A DNA stretch of 64,000 nt from an uncultured Merdimonas sp. (GTDB lineage Bacteria > Bacillota > Clostridia > Lachnospirales > Lachnospiraceae). The notes under the pieces are model-generated. The model did not search any database. It was not told where the DNA came from and saw only the letters and a program-made list of their open reading frames with translations. This document shows, piece after piece, positions 9,841 through 19,278 of this stretch; within the stretch, counting starts at the first letter, position 1; each line of letters begins with the position of its first letter. The position numbers were made by a program, and so were the translations under genes. The stretch covers positions 4,342 through 68,341 of the forward strand of contig CALWAZ010000090.1 in NCBI GenBank assembly GCA_944375725.1, read 5' to 3'.

Positions 9841-10470
9841 ATGGAGACAAAAGGCATTTTGGTGGTGGTTTCCGGTTTTTCCGGCGCCGGGAAGGGAACA
9901 ATCATGAAGGAGCTGCTCCGCAGGTATGATAATTACGCCCTTTCCATTTCCGCCACGACCCGGAGCCCCAGAGAAGGGGAGCAGGATGGACGGGAATACT
10001 TCTTCAAGACCAGGGAAGAGTTTGAGAAAATGATAGCGGAGGACGCGCTGATCGAGCATGCCTGCTATGTGGAAAATTATTACGGAACGCCCAGAGCCTA
10101 TGTGGAAGAGCAGCTTGCGCTGGGAAAGGACGTGATTCTCGAGATTGAGATTCAGGGAGCTCTGCAGATTCGGAAGCGTTTTCCGGATACGCTGCTTCTG
10201 TTTATCTCGCCGCCGGATGCGGAGACTCTTAAGAAGCGTCTGATTGGCCGGGGTACGGAGACCATGGAAGTGATCGAAAGCCGGCTGGCCAGAGCGGTGG
10301 AAGAGGCAGAAGGAATCGAAAATTACGATTATTTCATTGTAAATGATGAGCTGGATGAATGCGTGGAGCACGTGCACAGCCTGATTCAGGAAGAGCACAG
10401 ACGTGTATCCCGCAGCATGGAGCTGATCAATGAGATTAGAACAGAATTAAAAGCATTTCAGAAAGGATAA
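9841..10470 (+). CDS. gmk: Guanylate kinase
   Basis: SGFSGAGKGT, SATTRSPREGE, YYGTP. Confidence 0.96.
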   Translation: METKGILVVVSGFSGAGKGTIMKELLRRYDNYALSISATTRSPREGEQDGREYFFKTREEFEKMIAEDALIEHACYVENYYGTPRAYVEEQLALGKDVILEIEIQGALQIRKRFPDTLLLFISPPDAETLKKRLIGRGTETMEVIESRLARAVEEAEGIENYDYFIVNDELDECVEHVHSLIQEEHRRVSRSMELINEIRTELKAFQKG

Positions 10471-10479
10471 GGTGAAATT

Positions 10480-10857
10480 ATGTTACATCCCTCATATTCA
10501 GATTTGATGAAAGTAGTAAACAGCGAGGTAGAGGAGGGCGAAACTCCGGTAGTAAACAGCCGATATTCCATCGTGCTGGCCACAGCCAAGCGTGCCCGCC
10601 AGATTATCGCGGGTGAGACTCCTCTGGTAGAGGCCAATGGAAAGAAGCCTCTGTCCATCGCGATCCAGGAGCTGGAGAGCGGCAAGATCAAGATCCTTTC
10701 CGAGGAGGAGGCCGCGGCTCAGGAAGCTCTTGAGGCCAAGGCGGCTGAGGAGGCTGCCGCGCTGGCCGCGAAGGCTGCCGAAGAGCAGGAAGAGGACAAA
10801 GCGGATAAAGAGGAAGAGGCTGCGGAAGAGGAAGCAGCGGAGGATGGAGAAGAGTAA
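10480..10857 (+). CDS. rpoZ: RNA polymerase omega subunit with long acidic tail
   Basis: SRYSIVLATAKRARQI, KPLSIA; follows gmk. Confidence 0.93.
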   Translation: MLHPSYSDLMKVVNSEVEEGETPVVNSRYSIVLATAKRARQIIAGETPLVEANGKKPLSIAIQELESGKIKILSEEEAAAQEALEAKAAEEAAALAAKAAEEQEEDKADKEEEAAEEEAAEDGEE

Positions 10858-10885
10858 TCCTCTGTTTTTAAAAAGAAGCGTATGC

Positions 10886-10922
10886 GGGCCGTCTGTCACA
10901 GAGTTGTGGCGGGCGGCTTTTT
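10886..10922 (+). terminator. Intrinsic terminator after rpoZ
   Basis: GGGCCGTCTGTCACA/TGTGGCGGGCGGCTT stem with G-U pairs and a T-run. Confidence 0.6.
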
Positions 10923-11104
10923 GATTGGCAGCCGGAAGGAAGAGTATAGAAAAGTACAAATAAGTTGCACAATTTAGTAACCCCATTGCACATTTCCCGG
11001 GACTTTGTTAAGCTGAATGAAAATAAAGGGAGAGACCGCATTCCGAAGCCGGATGCGGTATTCGGCGTGACGGAAACGGCACGCTTCATGTTTCAGGAGG
11101 GAAT

Positions 11105-11839
11105 ATGATGAGAATTATCAAGGCAAAGGATTACGAAGACATGAGCAGAAAGGCAGCGGCTGTGCTGGCAGCCCAGGTGACGGTAAAGCCGGACTGCGTA
11201 CTGGGACTGGCCACAGGCTCCACGCCCATCGGAACCTATGACTGCCTGGCAAAATGGTGCGATGAGGGAGTGCTGGACTTCTCCAGAGTATCCACAGTGA
11301 ATCTGGATGAATACAGAGGCCTGGATCACGCGAACGATCAGAGCTACTACTATTTCATGAACAAGAACCTGTTCAGCAGAATCAATATTGATCCGGCGAA
11401 CACCCATGTTCCGAACGGCATGGAGCCGGATCCGGAAAAGGAAAGCAGAAGATATGAGGAGCTGATCCGTTCCCTGGGCGGAATCGATATCCAGCTTCTG
11501 GGGCTGGGCCATGACGGACATATCGGCTTCAACGAGCCAAACAGCTTCTTTGACAAATATACCCACTGTGTGGATCTGACGGAGATGACCATCGAGGCCA
11601 ACAAGCGTTTCTTTGCTTCTGCGGATGATGTGCCGAGACAGGCATATACGATGGGAATCGGAACCATTATGCACGCAAGAAAGCTTCTGATGGTTGTGAG
11701 CGGTGAGGATAAGGCGGAGATCGCCGCTGCTGCTTTCTGCGGAGAGGTAAAACCTGAGGTGCCGGCGTCCATCATCCAGTTCCATCCGGATGTGACCATC
11801 ATCGGTGATGAGGCGGCTCTGTCCAAAATTCCGGAATAA
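11105..11839 (+). CDS. nagB: Glucosamine-6-phosphate deaminase
   Basis: LGLATGSTP, NLDEY, GHIGFNEP, TMGIGTI. Confidence 0.95.
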   Translation: MMRIIKAKDYEDMSRKAAAVLAAQVTVKPDCVLGLATGSTPIGTYDCLAKWCDEGVLDFSRVSTVNLDEYRGLDHANDQSYYYFMNKNLFSRINIDPANTHVPNGMEPDPEKESRRYEELIRSLGGIDIQLLGLGHDGHIGFNEPNSFFDKYTHCVDLTEMTIEANKRFFASADDVPRQAYTMGIGTIMHARKLLMVVSGEDKAEIAAAAFCGEVKPEVPASIIQFHPDVTIIGDEAALSKIPE

Positions 11840-11864
11840 TTCTGAAATTGATTCCCGCGGCGCT

Positions 11865-11898
11865 CACCGGGCGGACGTGCCAGCACGTCCGCCCGGTG
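11865..11898. terminator. Hairpin between convergent nagB and DUF378 genes
   Basis: 16-bp perfect inverted repeat CACCGGGCGGACGTGC. Confidence 0.6.
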
Positions 11899-11944
11899 TT
11901 CTTGTCTGCGGGAATGAGGGCTGTTCTTGCCCGGACAGGGCAGC

Positions 11945-12139
11945 CTAATCCTCTGAGCGCATAAAGAAACGGAACAGGTAGAGGCCGCTGACTCCCACAA
12001 GCGTATAGACGATCCGGGAAAGCAGACTCATGTTTCCGAAAAGAAAATTCACCAGATCAAAACGGAAAAGGCCGATAAGCCCCCAGTTTATGGCGCCTAT
12101 GATAGCGATGGTGAGGAATGTACAGTCTAAGAACTTCAT
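11945..12139 (-). CDS. DUF378 small membrane protein (YuzA-like)
   Basis: IIGAINWGLIG..FDLV, RIVY.LVG. Confidence 0.88.
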   Translation of the reverse strand: MKFLDCTFLTIAIIGAINWGLIGLFRFDLVNFLFGNMSLLSRIVYTLVGVSGLYLFRFFMRSED

Positions 12140-12205
12140 ATTAAAGGGATTCTCCTTTCTGTGGGGACCGCAGGAAACTGCGGTTCCTGTATTGTTTATC
12201 AGTAA

Positions 12206-12235
12206 TAGACTGCACAGAAGAAAGAAAAATTATAC
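12206..12235 (-). promoter_or_regulatory. Putative forespore (sigma-G/F-like) promoter for the DUF378 gene
   Basis: GTATA-18-CAGTCTA on the minus strand. Confidence 0.45.
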
Positions 12236-12258
12236 ACAGAATGCCTGGCTGTAGGAAC

Positions 12259-12432
12259 CTATATGAAACGATTGGTTTTGGGATCGTAGGAATAATCAAT
12301 GGACGCAAGCGTTTTTTCCACAGACTGGCGGTCCAGATCAAGAGACTGGCACAGTTCTTCCAGTGAAGGGTACTGATCCCGAAGCTGCGTATTTATCCAG
12401 CTTAAAAGCATAACCGGATCTTTTGGTATCAT
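12259..12432 (-). CDS. DUF4250-family small protein (57 aa, absent from the ORF track)
   Basis: MIPKDPVMLLSWINTQLRDQYPSLEELC...IDYSYDPKTNRFI; GGAGGT RBS 8 nt upstream. Confidence 0.88.
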   Translation of the reverse strand: MIPKDPVMLLSWINTQLRDQYPSLEELCQSLDLDRQSVEKTLASIDYSYDPKTNRFI

Positions 12433-12571
12433 AATGCATTACCTCCTGTCGATTTGTATGATAAGTCATCGCTTCGGAACTTGCAAGCAGTAATTTTTTC
12501 TGTTACACTGAATCTGAGAGCTGTTCAGAGAAAAATCTGCCGGCTGAAAGTGATGTTAAAGGAGAAAAGAA

Positions 12572-13036
12572 ATGGAAGATAACAGCAGGGAAAGACAACG
12601 GCTGAAGGAGGTACAGAGACTGACTCTGATTGTGCTGGCAGTGATGACGGCGGTTATCATCGGATACGCGGTTTATGGACTGGTTGTAAAATCCATCAAT
12701 ATCAAAGTATTTGAAATTATGCTGGGCTGCTTTGTGATAGTCTATCCGGTACTGTCGGATGTGGTGGAGCCGTGGCGGCTGGGAATGCTGAAGGATCTCA
12801 CGCAGGAGCGGCGCACAGGGTATCTGAAGGTGATTCTGATGGATGTCATCGGATCCGGAGCTCTGCTGTACTGGATTATGGGGCTCGATTCGGAAGCCGG
12901 AAACAGCATTCTGATTCCTTTCCTGATTTATTTCCTGACGATGCAGATGAAACGGAAATACCGTCTGGAGTTTGAGGGAAAGACAGAAGAGGGCCCGGAG
13001 GAGAGCGCAGAGTCCGGAGAGCAGGACGAAAAATAA
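12572..13036 (+). CDS. Hypothetical 4-TM membrane protein
   Basis: RBS AAGGAG, four hydrophobic segments. Confidence 0.7.
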   Translation: MEDNSRERQRLKEVQRLTLIVLAVMTAVIIGYAVYGLVVKSINIKVFEIMLGCFVIVYPVLSDVVEPWRLGMLKDLTQERRTGYLKVILMDVIGSGALLYWIMGLDSEAGNSILIPFLIYFLTMQMKRKYRLEFEGKTEEGPEESAESGEQDEK

Positions 13037-13064
13037 GGTCTGGGATACCAAATACAGAGCGGGC

Positions 13065-13092
13065 TCATAAGCCTGCTCTGTCTGCATATATT
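13065..13092 (+). promoter_or_regulatory. Putative sigma-E promoter for the deacetylase
   Basis: TCATAAG ... CATATATT with sigma-E-like spacing. Confidence 0.45.
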
Positions 13093-13179
13093 GGAAAAAA
13101 GAGTTTCTCCGGCCGGCGGACAGAAGCGGCGGCATAAGAACGCTGATAAGCCTGGCTGGCAGGAGGGGCGGAGCGGTAT

Positions 13180-13998
13180 TTGAATAAAGAAAAGAGACAG
13201 AAGTTTCCGGCATGGGCCCGGGGGCTTCTGACAGGAATTTTCGGAATCGGCATGGTTCTGGCCGCGGCCGGGATCCGGGGGGAGCATACAGCACAGGAAA
13301 GGACCCAGGCTCTGTCGGGAGATACATGGCAGGAGGGAGAACCGGAAGGAACAGGGGCGGAGAAAGGAATACAGGAGGAAGCGGCTCTGCCGGAGACGGT
13401 ACCGGCGGACGGCACCGGCCGGATGGATGAGCCGATTCGGGAAGATAAAAAAATAGCGCTGACCTTTGATGACGGCCCCCATCCTTATTATACAGAGCAG
13501 CTGCTGGACGGCCTTGCCAAACGGGGAGTGAAGGCCACGTTTTTTCTTCTGGGCTGCAATATCGAGGGAAATGAAGAGGTGGTCCGGCGGATGGCTGAGG
13601 AAGGTCATCTGATTGGAAACCACACCTACTACCATGTGGATATTACGACGCTGTCACAGGAGGAGGCCTGCGCGGAGATTCAGGATACCAGCAGGAAGAT
13701 TACGGAAATCACAGGGGAACCGGTGGAATATGTGCGGCCGCCCTTTGGAAACTGGAGCCAGGAGCTGGAATGTGAAGTGATGATGATCCCTATTTTCTGG
13801 TCTGTGGACACCCTGGACTGGAGCACCAGAAACGCGGATCTTCTGGTACAGCAGGTAGTGTCCGAGGTGGAGGAAAATGACATTATTCTGATGCACGATT
13901 CCTATAAAAGCACGGTGCAGGCGGCTCTGCGGATTGTGGATCTGCTGCAGGCGGAAGGATACGAGTTTGTGACGGCTGATGAGCTGATACTGGAATGA
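13180..13998 (+). CDS. Polysaccharide deacetylase (CE4/NodB)
   Basis: TFDDGP, GNHTYYH, RPPFG, DTLDW, ILMHD. Confidence 0.92.
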   Translation: MNKEKRQKFPAWARGLLTGIFGIGMVLAAAGIRGEHTAQERTQALSGDTWQEGEPEGTGAEKGIQEEAALPETVPADGTGRMDEPIREDKKIALTFDDGPHPYYTEQLLDGLAKRGVKATFFLLGCNIEGNEEVVRRMAEEGHLIGNHTYYHVDITTLSQEEACAEIQDTSRKITEITGEPVEYVRPPFGNWSQELECEVMMIPIFWSVDTLDWSTRNADLLVQQVVSEVEENDIILMHDSYKSTVQAALRIVDLLQAEGYEFVTADELILE

Positions 13999-14008
13999 GG
14001 AGAAAATC

Positions 14009-15358
14009 ATGGATTTATTTGACTATATGCGGGAGAGCCAGATGAAGCAGGAGGCTCCGCTGGCATCCCGTCTGCGTCCCCGGACGCTGGATGAGATAGT
14101 GGGACAGAAACATATTTTGGGAAAGGACAAGCTGCTGTACCGGGCGATCCGGGCAGACAAGCTTGGCTCCCTGATTTTTTACGGACCGCCCGGCACGGGA
14201 AAAACGACGATTGCCCGGGTAATCGCGAATACCACCAAAGCGGATTTTACCCAGCTCAATGCCACAGTAGCCGGAAAAAAGGATATGGAAGCTGTGGTAT
14301 CGAAGGCGAAAGACAATCTGGGCATGTACGGGCGGAAAACCATTTTGTTTGTGGATGAGATCCACCGCTTTAATAAGGGGCAGCAGGATTATCTGCTTCC
14401 CTTTGTGGAGGACGGTACGCTGATTCTGATTGGCGCCACCACAGAGAATCCTTATTTCGAGGTAAACGGGGCGCTTCTGTCCCGGTCTGTGGTGTTTGAG
14501 CTGAAGCCTCTGGACAAAGAAGACATTCTGGAGCTCATCCGCCGGGCTGTCACAGATACGGAACGGGGGATGGGAGCTTATCATCCGGAAATTACGGAGG
14601 AGGCCGCGCAGTTCCTGGCGGATATATCGGGAGGAGACGCCCGGGCTGCGCTGAATGCGGTGGAGCTGGGCGTACTGACCACAGAAAAGAGTGAGGACGG
14701 AAAGATTCATCTGACACTGGATGTGGTTTCCGAATGCATTCAGAAACGGACGGTACGCTATGACAAAACCGGCGACAATCATTACGATACGATTTCAGCT
14801 TTTATCAAGAGCATGCGGGGGTCGGATCCGGACGCGGCGGTCTATTATCTGGCGAAAATGATTTACGCGGGAGAGGATGAGCGGTTTATTGCCAGAAGAA
14901 TCATGATCTGCGCCTCCGAGGATGTGGGAAACGCGGATCCCATGGCGCTGACTGTGGCGGTATCTGCCGCCCAGGCCGTGGAGCGCATTGGTTTTCCGGA
15001 GGCTCAGATTATTCTGGCCCAGGCAGCCGCCTATGTGGCCTGCGCGCCCAAGAGCAACTCGGCGGTGATGGCCATCAGTAAGGCTATGGAGTCGGTAAAG
15101 ACCCGGCGCACCAGCGTTCCGCCCCATCTTCAGGATGCCCATTATGGAGGGGCCGGAAAGCTGGGACACGGCATCGGCTACAAATACGCCCATAATTATC
15201 CCAATCATTATGTGGAACAGCAGTATCTGCCAAGCGAGCTTCTGGGGGAGACTTTCTATGAGCCCTCGGACAACGGATACGAGCATCAGATTCGGGAATA
15301 TTTTAAAAAGATCCGGGGAGAGCAGGAGAAGAATAAAGAAAACGGGGAAGAGGCTTGA
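14009..15358 (+). CDS. rarA: Replication-associated recombination protein A (MgsA/RarA)
   Basis: GPPGTGKTT, DEIHRFNK, ATTENPYF, KSMRGSDPDA. Confidence 0.95.
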   Translation: MDLFDYMRESQMKQEAPLASRLRPRTLDEIVGQKHILGKDKLLYRAIRADKLGSLIFYGPPGTGKTTIARVIANTTKADFTQLNATVAGKKDMEAVVSKAKDNLGMYGRKTILFVDEIHRFNKGQQDYLLPFVEDGTLILIGATTENPYFEVNGALLSRSVVFELKPLDKEDILELIRRAVTDTERGMGAYHPEITEEAAQFLADISGGDARAALNAVELGVLTTEKSEDGKIHLTLDVVSECIQKRTVRYDKTGDNHYDTISAFIKSMRGSDPDAAVYYLAKMIYAGEDERFIARRIMICASEDVGNADPMALTVAVSAAQAVERIGFPEAQIILAQAAAYVACAPKSNSAVMAISKAMESVKTRRTSVPPHLQDAHYGGAGKLGHGIGYKYAHNYPNHYVEQQYLPSELLGETFYEPSDNGYEHQIREYFKKIRGEQEKNKENGEEA

Positions 15359-15422
15359 GAAGCCTCTTTCCCCGCCGCGGGTGAAACGCCTGGACTGAAA
15401 ACTGCCGCAGAAGAAGCCGCAG

Positions 15423-15941
15423 TTACAGAGTCTCGGGTTCCGGATATTCTGTTCCAAAGGTCTCTACAGTGACAGACTTCATGACCTGGGGAGTCATGGG
15501 GCGGTCTCTGTAATCCGTCGGAGTCTGGGCGATCCGGTCTACCGCGTCCATTCCCTCGATAACCTTCCCGAAAGCAGCATAGGCGCCGTCCAGATGGGGA
15601 GAGGTCTGATGCATGATAAAGAACTGGGAGCCGGCGGAATCCGGATGCATGGCGCGGGCCATGGACAGGACACCGGGGGTGTGCTTCAGATCATTTTTGA
15701 AACCATTCTGTGAGAATTCTCCTTTGATGGAATAGCCGGGGCCGCCCATTCCGTTTCCATCCGGGCAGCCGCCCTGAATCATAAAGCCGCTGATGACCCG
15801 GTGGAAGATGAGGCCGTTGTAGAATCCTTTGTTTACAAGGCTGATAAAGTTGTTGACCGTATTCGGCGCAATATCAGGATAAAGCTCTGCTTTGATAATA
15901 TCGCCGTTTTCCATTTCAAATGTAACTATTGGATTTGCCAT
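15423..15941 (-). CDS. Cyclophilin-type peptidyl-prolyl isomerase
   Basis: FHRVI.GFMIQGG, SMAR, SAGSQFFI. Confidence 0.94.
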   Translation of the reverse strand: MANPIVTFEMENGDIIKAELYPDIAPNTVNNFISLVNKGFYNGLIFHRVISGFMIQGGCPDGNGMGGPGYSIKGEFSQNGFKNDLKHTPGVLSMARAMHPDSAGSQFFIMHQTSPHLDGAYAAFGKVIEGMDAVDRIAQTPTDYRDRPMTPQVMKSVTVETFGTEYPEPETL

Positions 15942-16042
15942 ATTCATTCTCCTTTTCAGTGCGCAGACCGTCTCTGGCCCGCGATGGTACTTACCTCTTA
16001 TATTACCGGAAAAGAAGAACGACGTAAAGGAGTTTTTGAAAA

Positions 16043-16891
16043 ATGCTGAAGGGTCTTGTAATAGCTGCTTCCGGTACACAGGTTTTGAAGGAAGAGCTGG
16101 ACAGAAGTCATTTCCCCTGGAGGGAAGCGGAAAACAGAGAGGCGGAAGGACTGGGGAAGGCAGTCAGGGAGCTTCAGGCTGAGCCCCGGGAGGTACTCTG
16201 CCTGGTAGAGACGGACAGGGATGAGAAAACAGCTCTTTCCCTGGGACTGTTCTGCGTCGGTTATCTGAATCCGGAGCTTCCGGAGCAGCGCTTGTCCGGC
16301 TGCCGGATTCTGCTGGAAGGATTTCAGGAGATCGATGTGCCCTTTTTACAGAATGTGCACACCCGGGCTCTGGGGCTTCCGGTGCAGATTGCGGAGACGA
16401 GCCGTCTTCTGATTCGGGAAATGACCCTTGCGGATCTGGATGATGTGAATGCTCTTTACCAGGAGAGCGGCCCGGTCGGTTTTCTGCAGCCTTCTGTCCT
16501 TAACAGGCAGGAGGAAGAGGAAAAAATCAAGGCGTACATCACCTATATGTACGGTCTGTGGCAGTTTGGCATGTGGGTGGTGATTGAAAAGGAAAGCGGA
16601 AAGCTGATTGGAAGAGTCGGGTTCGGTATCGCCGATTATCTGGATTTCTCCGAGATTGATATGGGATACCTGATCGGAGAGAAATACCGGCGCCGGGGCT
16701 ACGCAGAGGAAGCAAGCCGGGCAGCCCTGCGCTATGCGGGCAGTACGCTGGAGCTGCCCCAGGTGAGTGCTTACATTGACCGGGAAAACCTGGTTTCCCT
16801 CCATCTGATAGAGAAGCTGGGCTTCTGCAGGAAAAAGGATTTTATGTACCAGGGGAGAAACTTATGCCGGTATGTGCTGAAGCTGTGCTGA
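16043..16891 (+). CDS. GNAT (RimJ/RimL) acetyltransferase with an extra N-terminal domain
   Basis: ET.RL.IRE, GYLIG..YRRRGYA.EA, N..S..LIEKLGF. Confidence 0.82.
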   Translation: MLKGLVIAASGTQVLKEELDRSHFPWREAENREAEGLGKAVRELQAEPREVLCLVETDRDEKTALSLGLFCVGYLNPELPEQRLSGCRILLEGFQEIDVPFLQNVHTRALGLPVQIAETSRLLIREMTLADLDDVNALYQESGPVGFLQPSVLNRQEEEEKIKAYITYMYGLWQFGMWVVIEKESGKLIGRVGFGIADYLDFSEIDMGYLIGEKYRRRGYAEEASRAALRYAGSTLELPQVSAYIDRENLVSLHLIEKLGFCRKKDFMYQGRNLCRYVLKLC

Positions 16892-16942
16892 AATGGATCC
16901 GGTCCTGGCTGTGTAGAATTTTAAAGTGAGATTGAAAAAGAA

Positions 16943-16991
16943 AAGGAGGCTTCTCCCCGGGAATTTTATTTCCCGGAAGAGAGGCCTCCTT
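16943..16991. terminator. Bidirectional terminator
   Basis: AAGGAGGC...GCCTCCTT stem flanked by A/T runs between convergent genes. Confidence 0.65.
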
Positions 16992-17006
16992 ATTTTTCCT
17001 TAAAAT

Positions 17007-17414
17007 TTAGGAATGGCTCTTTACGTAAGCGGCTACAGCCTTGTCCTGAATCTGAATGTGATTCAGAAGCCATTCGGTAATGTTCTTATTTACCGCTTCC
17101 ACGAAGGCGTCTGTGGGGCCTTCCTCTTCCTCAAGCATGTCCAGAAGCTCATGAACAGCCTTTACGAAGGTCTGATGCTGTTCCTTGTGTGCTTCGATGC
17201 CCGGATAGCCTGCATCCTCCTGCAGCTTTTCCTCAGCCTTGAAATGAAATTCCGTATAGTCCAGAAGGAAATTCAGGGTCTGGATGGCTGTGCGCTTCTC
17301 GGTGCCCATATAGCAGCTCTCCAGCAGTTTGTTTACCCGGTCAATCAGTTCCTTATGCTGCTGATCGATCAGCTCGTTTCCGGTTTCAAGAGATTTATCA
17401 AATGTTACGCTCAT
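17007..17414 (-). CDS. Bacteriohemerythrin
   Basis: IDQQH, HFKAEE, HKEQH, HIQIQD di-iron ligands. Confidence 0.9.
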   Translation of the reverse strand: MSVTFDKSLETGNELIDQQHKELIDRVNKLLESCYMGTEKRTAIQTLNFLLDYTEFHFKAEEKLQEDAGYPGIEAHKEQHQTFVKAVHELLDMLEEEEGPTDAFVEAVNKNITEWLLNHIQIQDKAVAAYVKSHS

Positions 17415-17632
17415 GGAATGTTCCTCCTTCGGTTTTCTTTCTGTTTCCAGCGCATACTGATACAAAACTACCATTAAGTATATGCAAAATAGCAGGAATA
17501 ATCTGTTGCAAATGCAACAAATGAGAAAAAATTGCAGATACCTGGGGGATATGGTAAGATATCTGAAAAAGAAGCGCAGCCGTGTTCCTGCCGGGTACGG
17601 AGGCGGCCGGAACAGATGGAGGAAAGAAAGAG

Positions 17633-18280
17633 ATGTCTTTGAAAGGGAAAAAAATCTGCAGAGAGATAAAGGAGCATAGAATTCAGCTGATTCTGGCGGC
17701 TGGTCTGACAGTTCTTGTTACAGCCTGTCTGGCAGGCTGCGCCGGATCCGGAAAGGCACAAAACCCGGAAGCGAACAGCCTGGAAGCGGAAGCAGATGGC
17801 CAGGAGGCAGAGAATGGAGAGACTGCCGGGCAGACAGACATTCCGGAGGAGACAGAAAGTCCTGTAATCGGGCTGCTCCTTTCCAGCCGGGACGGAGAAG
17901 AAAATGAAAGCGTCGAGGCGGACATGTCGGAAATGGCGGAGGCGGCCGGCCTGGAGCTTCTGATTTATACTACGGATGTATCCGCGGAGGAGGCGGAGGA
18001 AGCCGCTGGCATGGAGACAGGCACATTTTTGATCCGGGATGTGGACCCCATAGAATTTCAGATGCTGGGGGTGAACTGGCTGGTGTCTGAGAACGCGGAT
18101 GTGATCGCGGTGCATGCCAATCACCGGGAAGCGCTGGAAGGAGTGCTGTCAGCGGCCAGAGGCGCGGGCATCCGGGTCTGTGCCTGGGGGCAGGAGCTGA
18201 CAGACGGAAGCTTCGATCTGTACGTGGAAGATGGCAGTGAGGTGCCGGAAGCGGTGCTGAAGCTTCTGGGAGAGGATTGA
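17633..18280 (+). CDS. Lipoprotein with a partial sugar-binding (PBP type I-like) domain
   Basis: Lipobox LAGC; ADVIAV...ARGAGIRV. Confidence 0.6.
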   Translation: MSLKGKKICREIKEHRIQLILAAGLTVLVTACLAGCAGSGKAQNPEANSLEAEADGQEAENGETAGQTDIPEETESPVIGLLLSSRDGEENESVEADMSEMAEAAGLELLIYTTDVSAEEAEEAAGMETGTFLIRDVDPIEFQMLGVNWLVSENADVIAVHANHREALEGVLSAARGAGIRVCAWGQELTDGSFDLYVEDGSEVPEAVLKLLGED

Positions 18281-18319
18281 AAGTTTTTGACAGAAACGTT
18301 CCATAGAAAATTTTCGCAG

Positions 18320-18386
18320 CAGCCCGAAGCGGCCTTCTGAGAAAAGAGCGTCAGCTCAGGAAATCTCAGAAGGCCGCTTCGGGCTG
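18320..18386. repeat. 23-bp perfect inverted repeat between convergent genes
   Basis: CAGCCCGAAGCGGCCTTCTGAGA ... TCTCAGAAGGCCGCTTCGGGCTG. Confidence 0.85.
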
Positions 18387-18429
18387 TACGTTATAAAAAA
18401 CGGGCTTGACAGTCCGGGCAATGCCGGAT

Positions 18430-19278
18430 TTATTCCAGATTCAGCCGTCTGGTCATGAAGTAATTGGCCAGCAGATAGGCAGCAATGCCGGTAATCAGGC
18501 TGAGCAGCGTGGAAAAAATCCAGGGCAGCCAGAAGACGGCAGCAGTCGTTGTGCTATCCGAGACAGTGGCGATAAGTGTGCTGTTTCCATAGACGAACAC
18601 TCCGGTGACTGCGGAGAAAATCATGCTGATGATGCTGGTTATCATGGATACTCCCACATAGACACCTACGGAAGCCAGAATTTTGTGGCTGTTGAAGCTG
18701 TGGCCTATGGCAATGCACATGTAGATGGTCAGGATTCCGCTGACTGCATCTATCAAAAGCAGCAGAAGGAAAAGCGGAATGCCAAGACCTGCGGGAACGC
18801 CGAAGGCATCCGGAAAACTCTCGAACATGACTGTAAGGCCTTTCGGCAGAACGCGGAGCATCTCCCCGTTGATGAACAGGCCGAATACGGATAAAATCAC
18901 CAGAATGGCATCTACGGTCTCCCAGATAAAGCATACGATCAGCTTGCTCCAGATATGAGCAGAGGCCTTCACCGGAAGCGTGTGCATCAGGTAGCCCTCA
19001 TCCGTAAACAGATTTTTCCGGAAGCGCAGGATACTCAGATAGATATAGGTAATCATGGCGGCCGCTATCAGCGCGATGACATAGAAAAATACCAGCAGCA
19101 CATTCAGAACGTTGTACCAGACATTCTGTGACAGGACAATAGACCGCGCAGGGTTATTGAATACAGTAAGCTGAAGATAAAACCGCCCGATAATAGTAAT
19201 GGCAATCAGTCCCAGATGAAGGGGTATCATCAGCCGGTTTACCGCTTTAAATTCGTTTTTAATCAGTTTTCCTAACAT
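18430..19278 (-). CDS. ABC-2-type permease
   Basis: MLGKLIKNEF, EGYLMHTLPV..HIWSK, multiple TM segments. Confidence 0.85.
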   Translation of the reverse strand: MLGKLIKNEFKAVNRLMIPLHLGLIAITIIGRFYLQLTVFNNPARSIVLSQNVWYNVLNVLLVFFYVIALIAAAMITYIYLSILRFRKNLFTDEGYLMHTLPVKASAHIWSKLIVCFIWETVDAILVILSVFGLFINGEMLRVLPKGLTVMFESFPDAFGVPAGLGIPLFLLLLLIDAVSGILTIYMCIAIGHSFNSHKILASVGVYVGVSMITSIISMIFSAVTGVFVYGNSTLIATVSDSTTTAAVFWLPWIFSTLLSLITGIAAYLLANYFMTRRLNLE

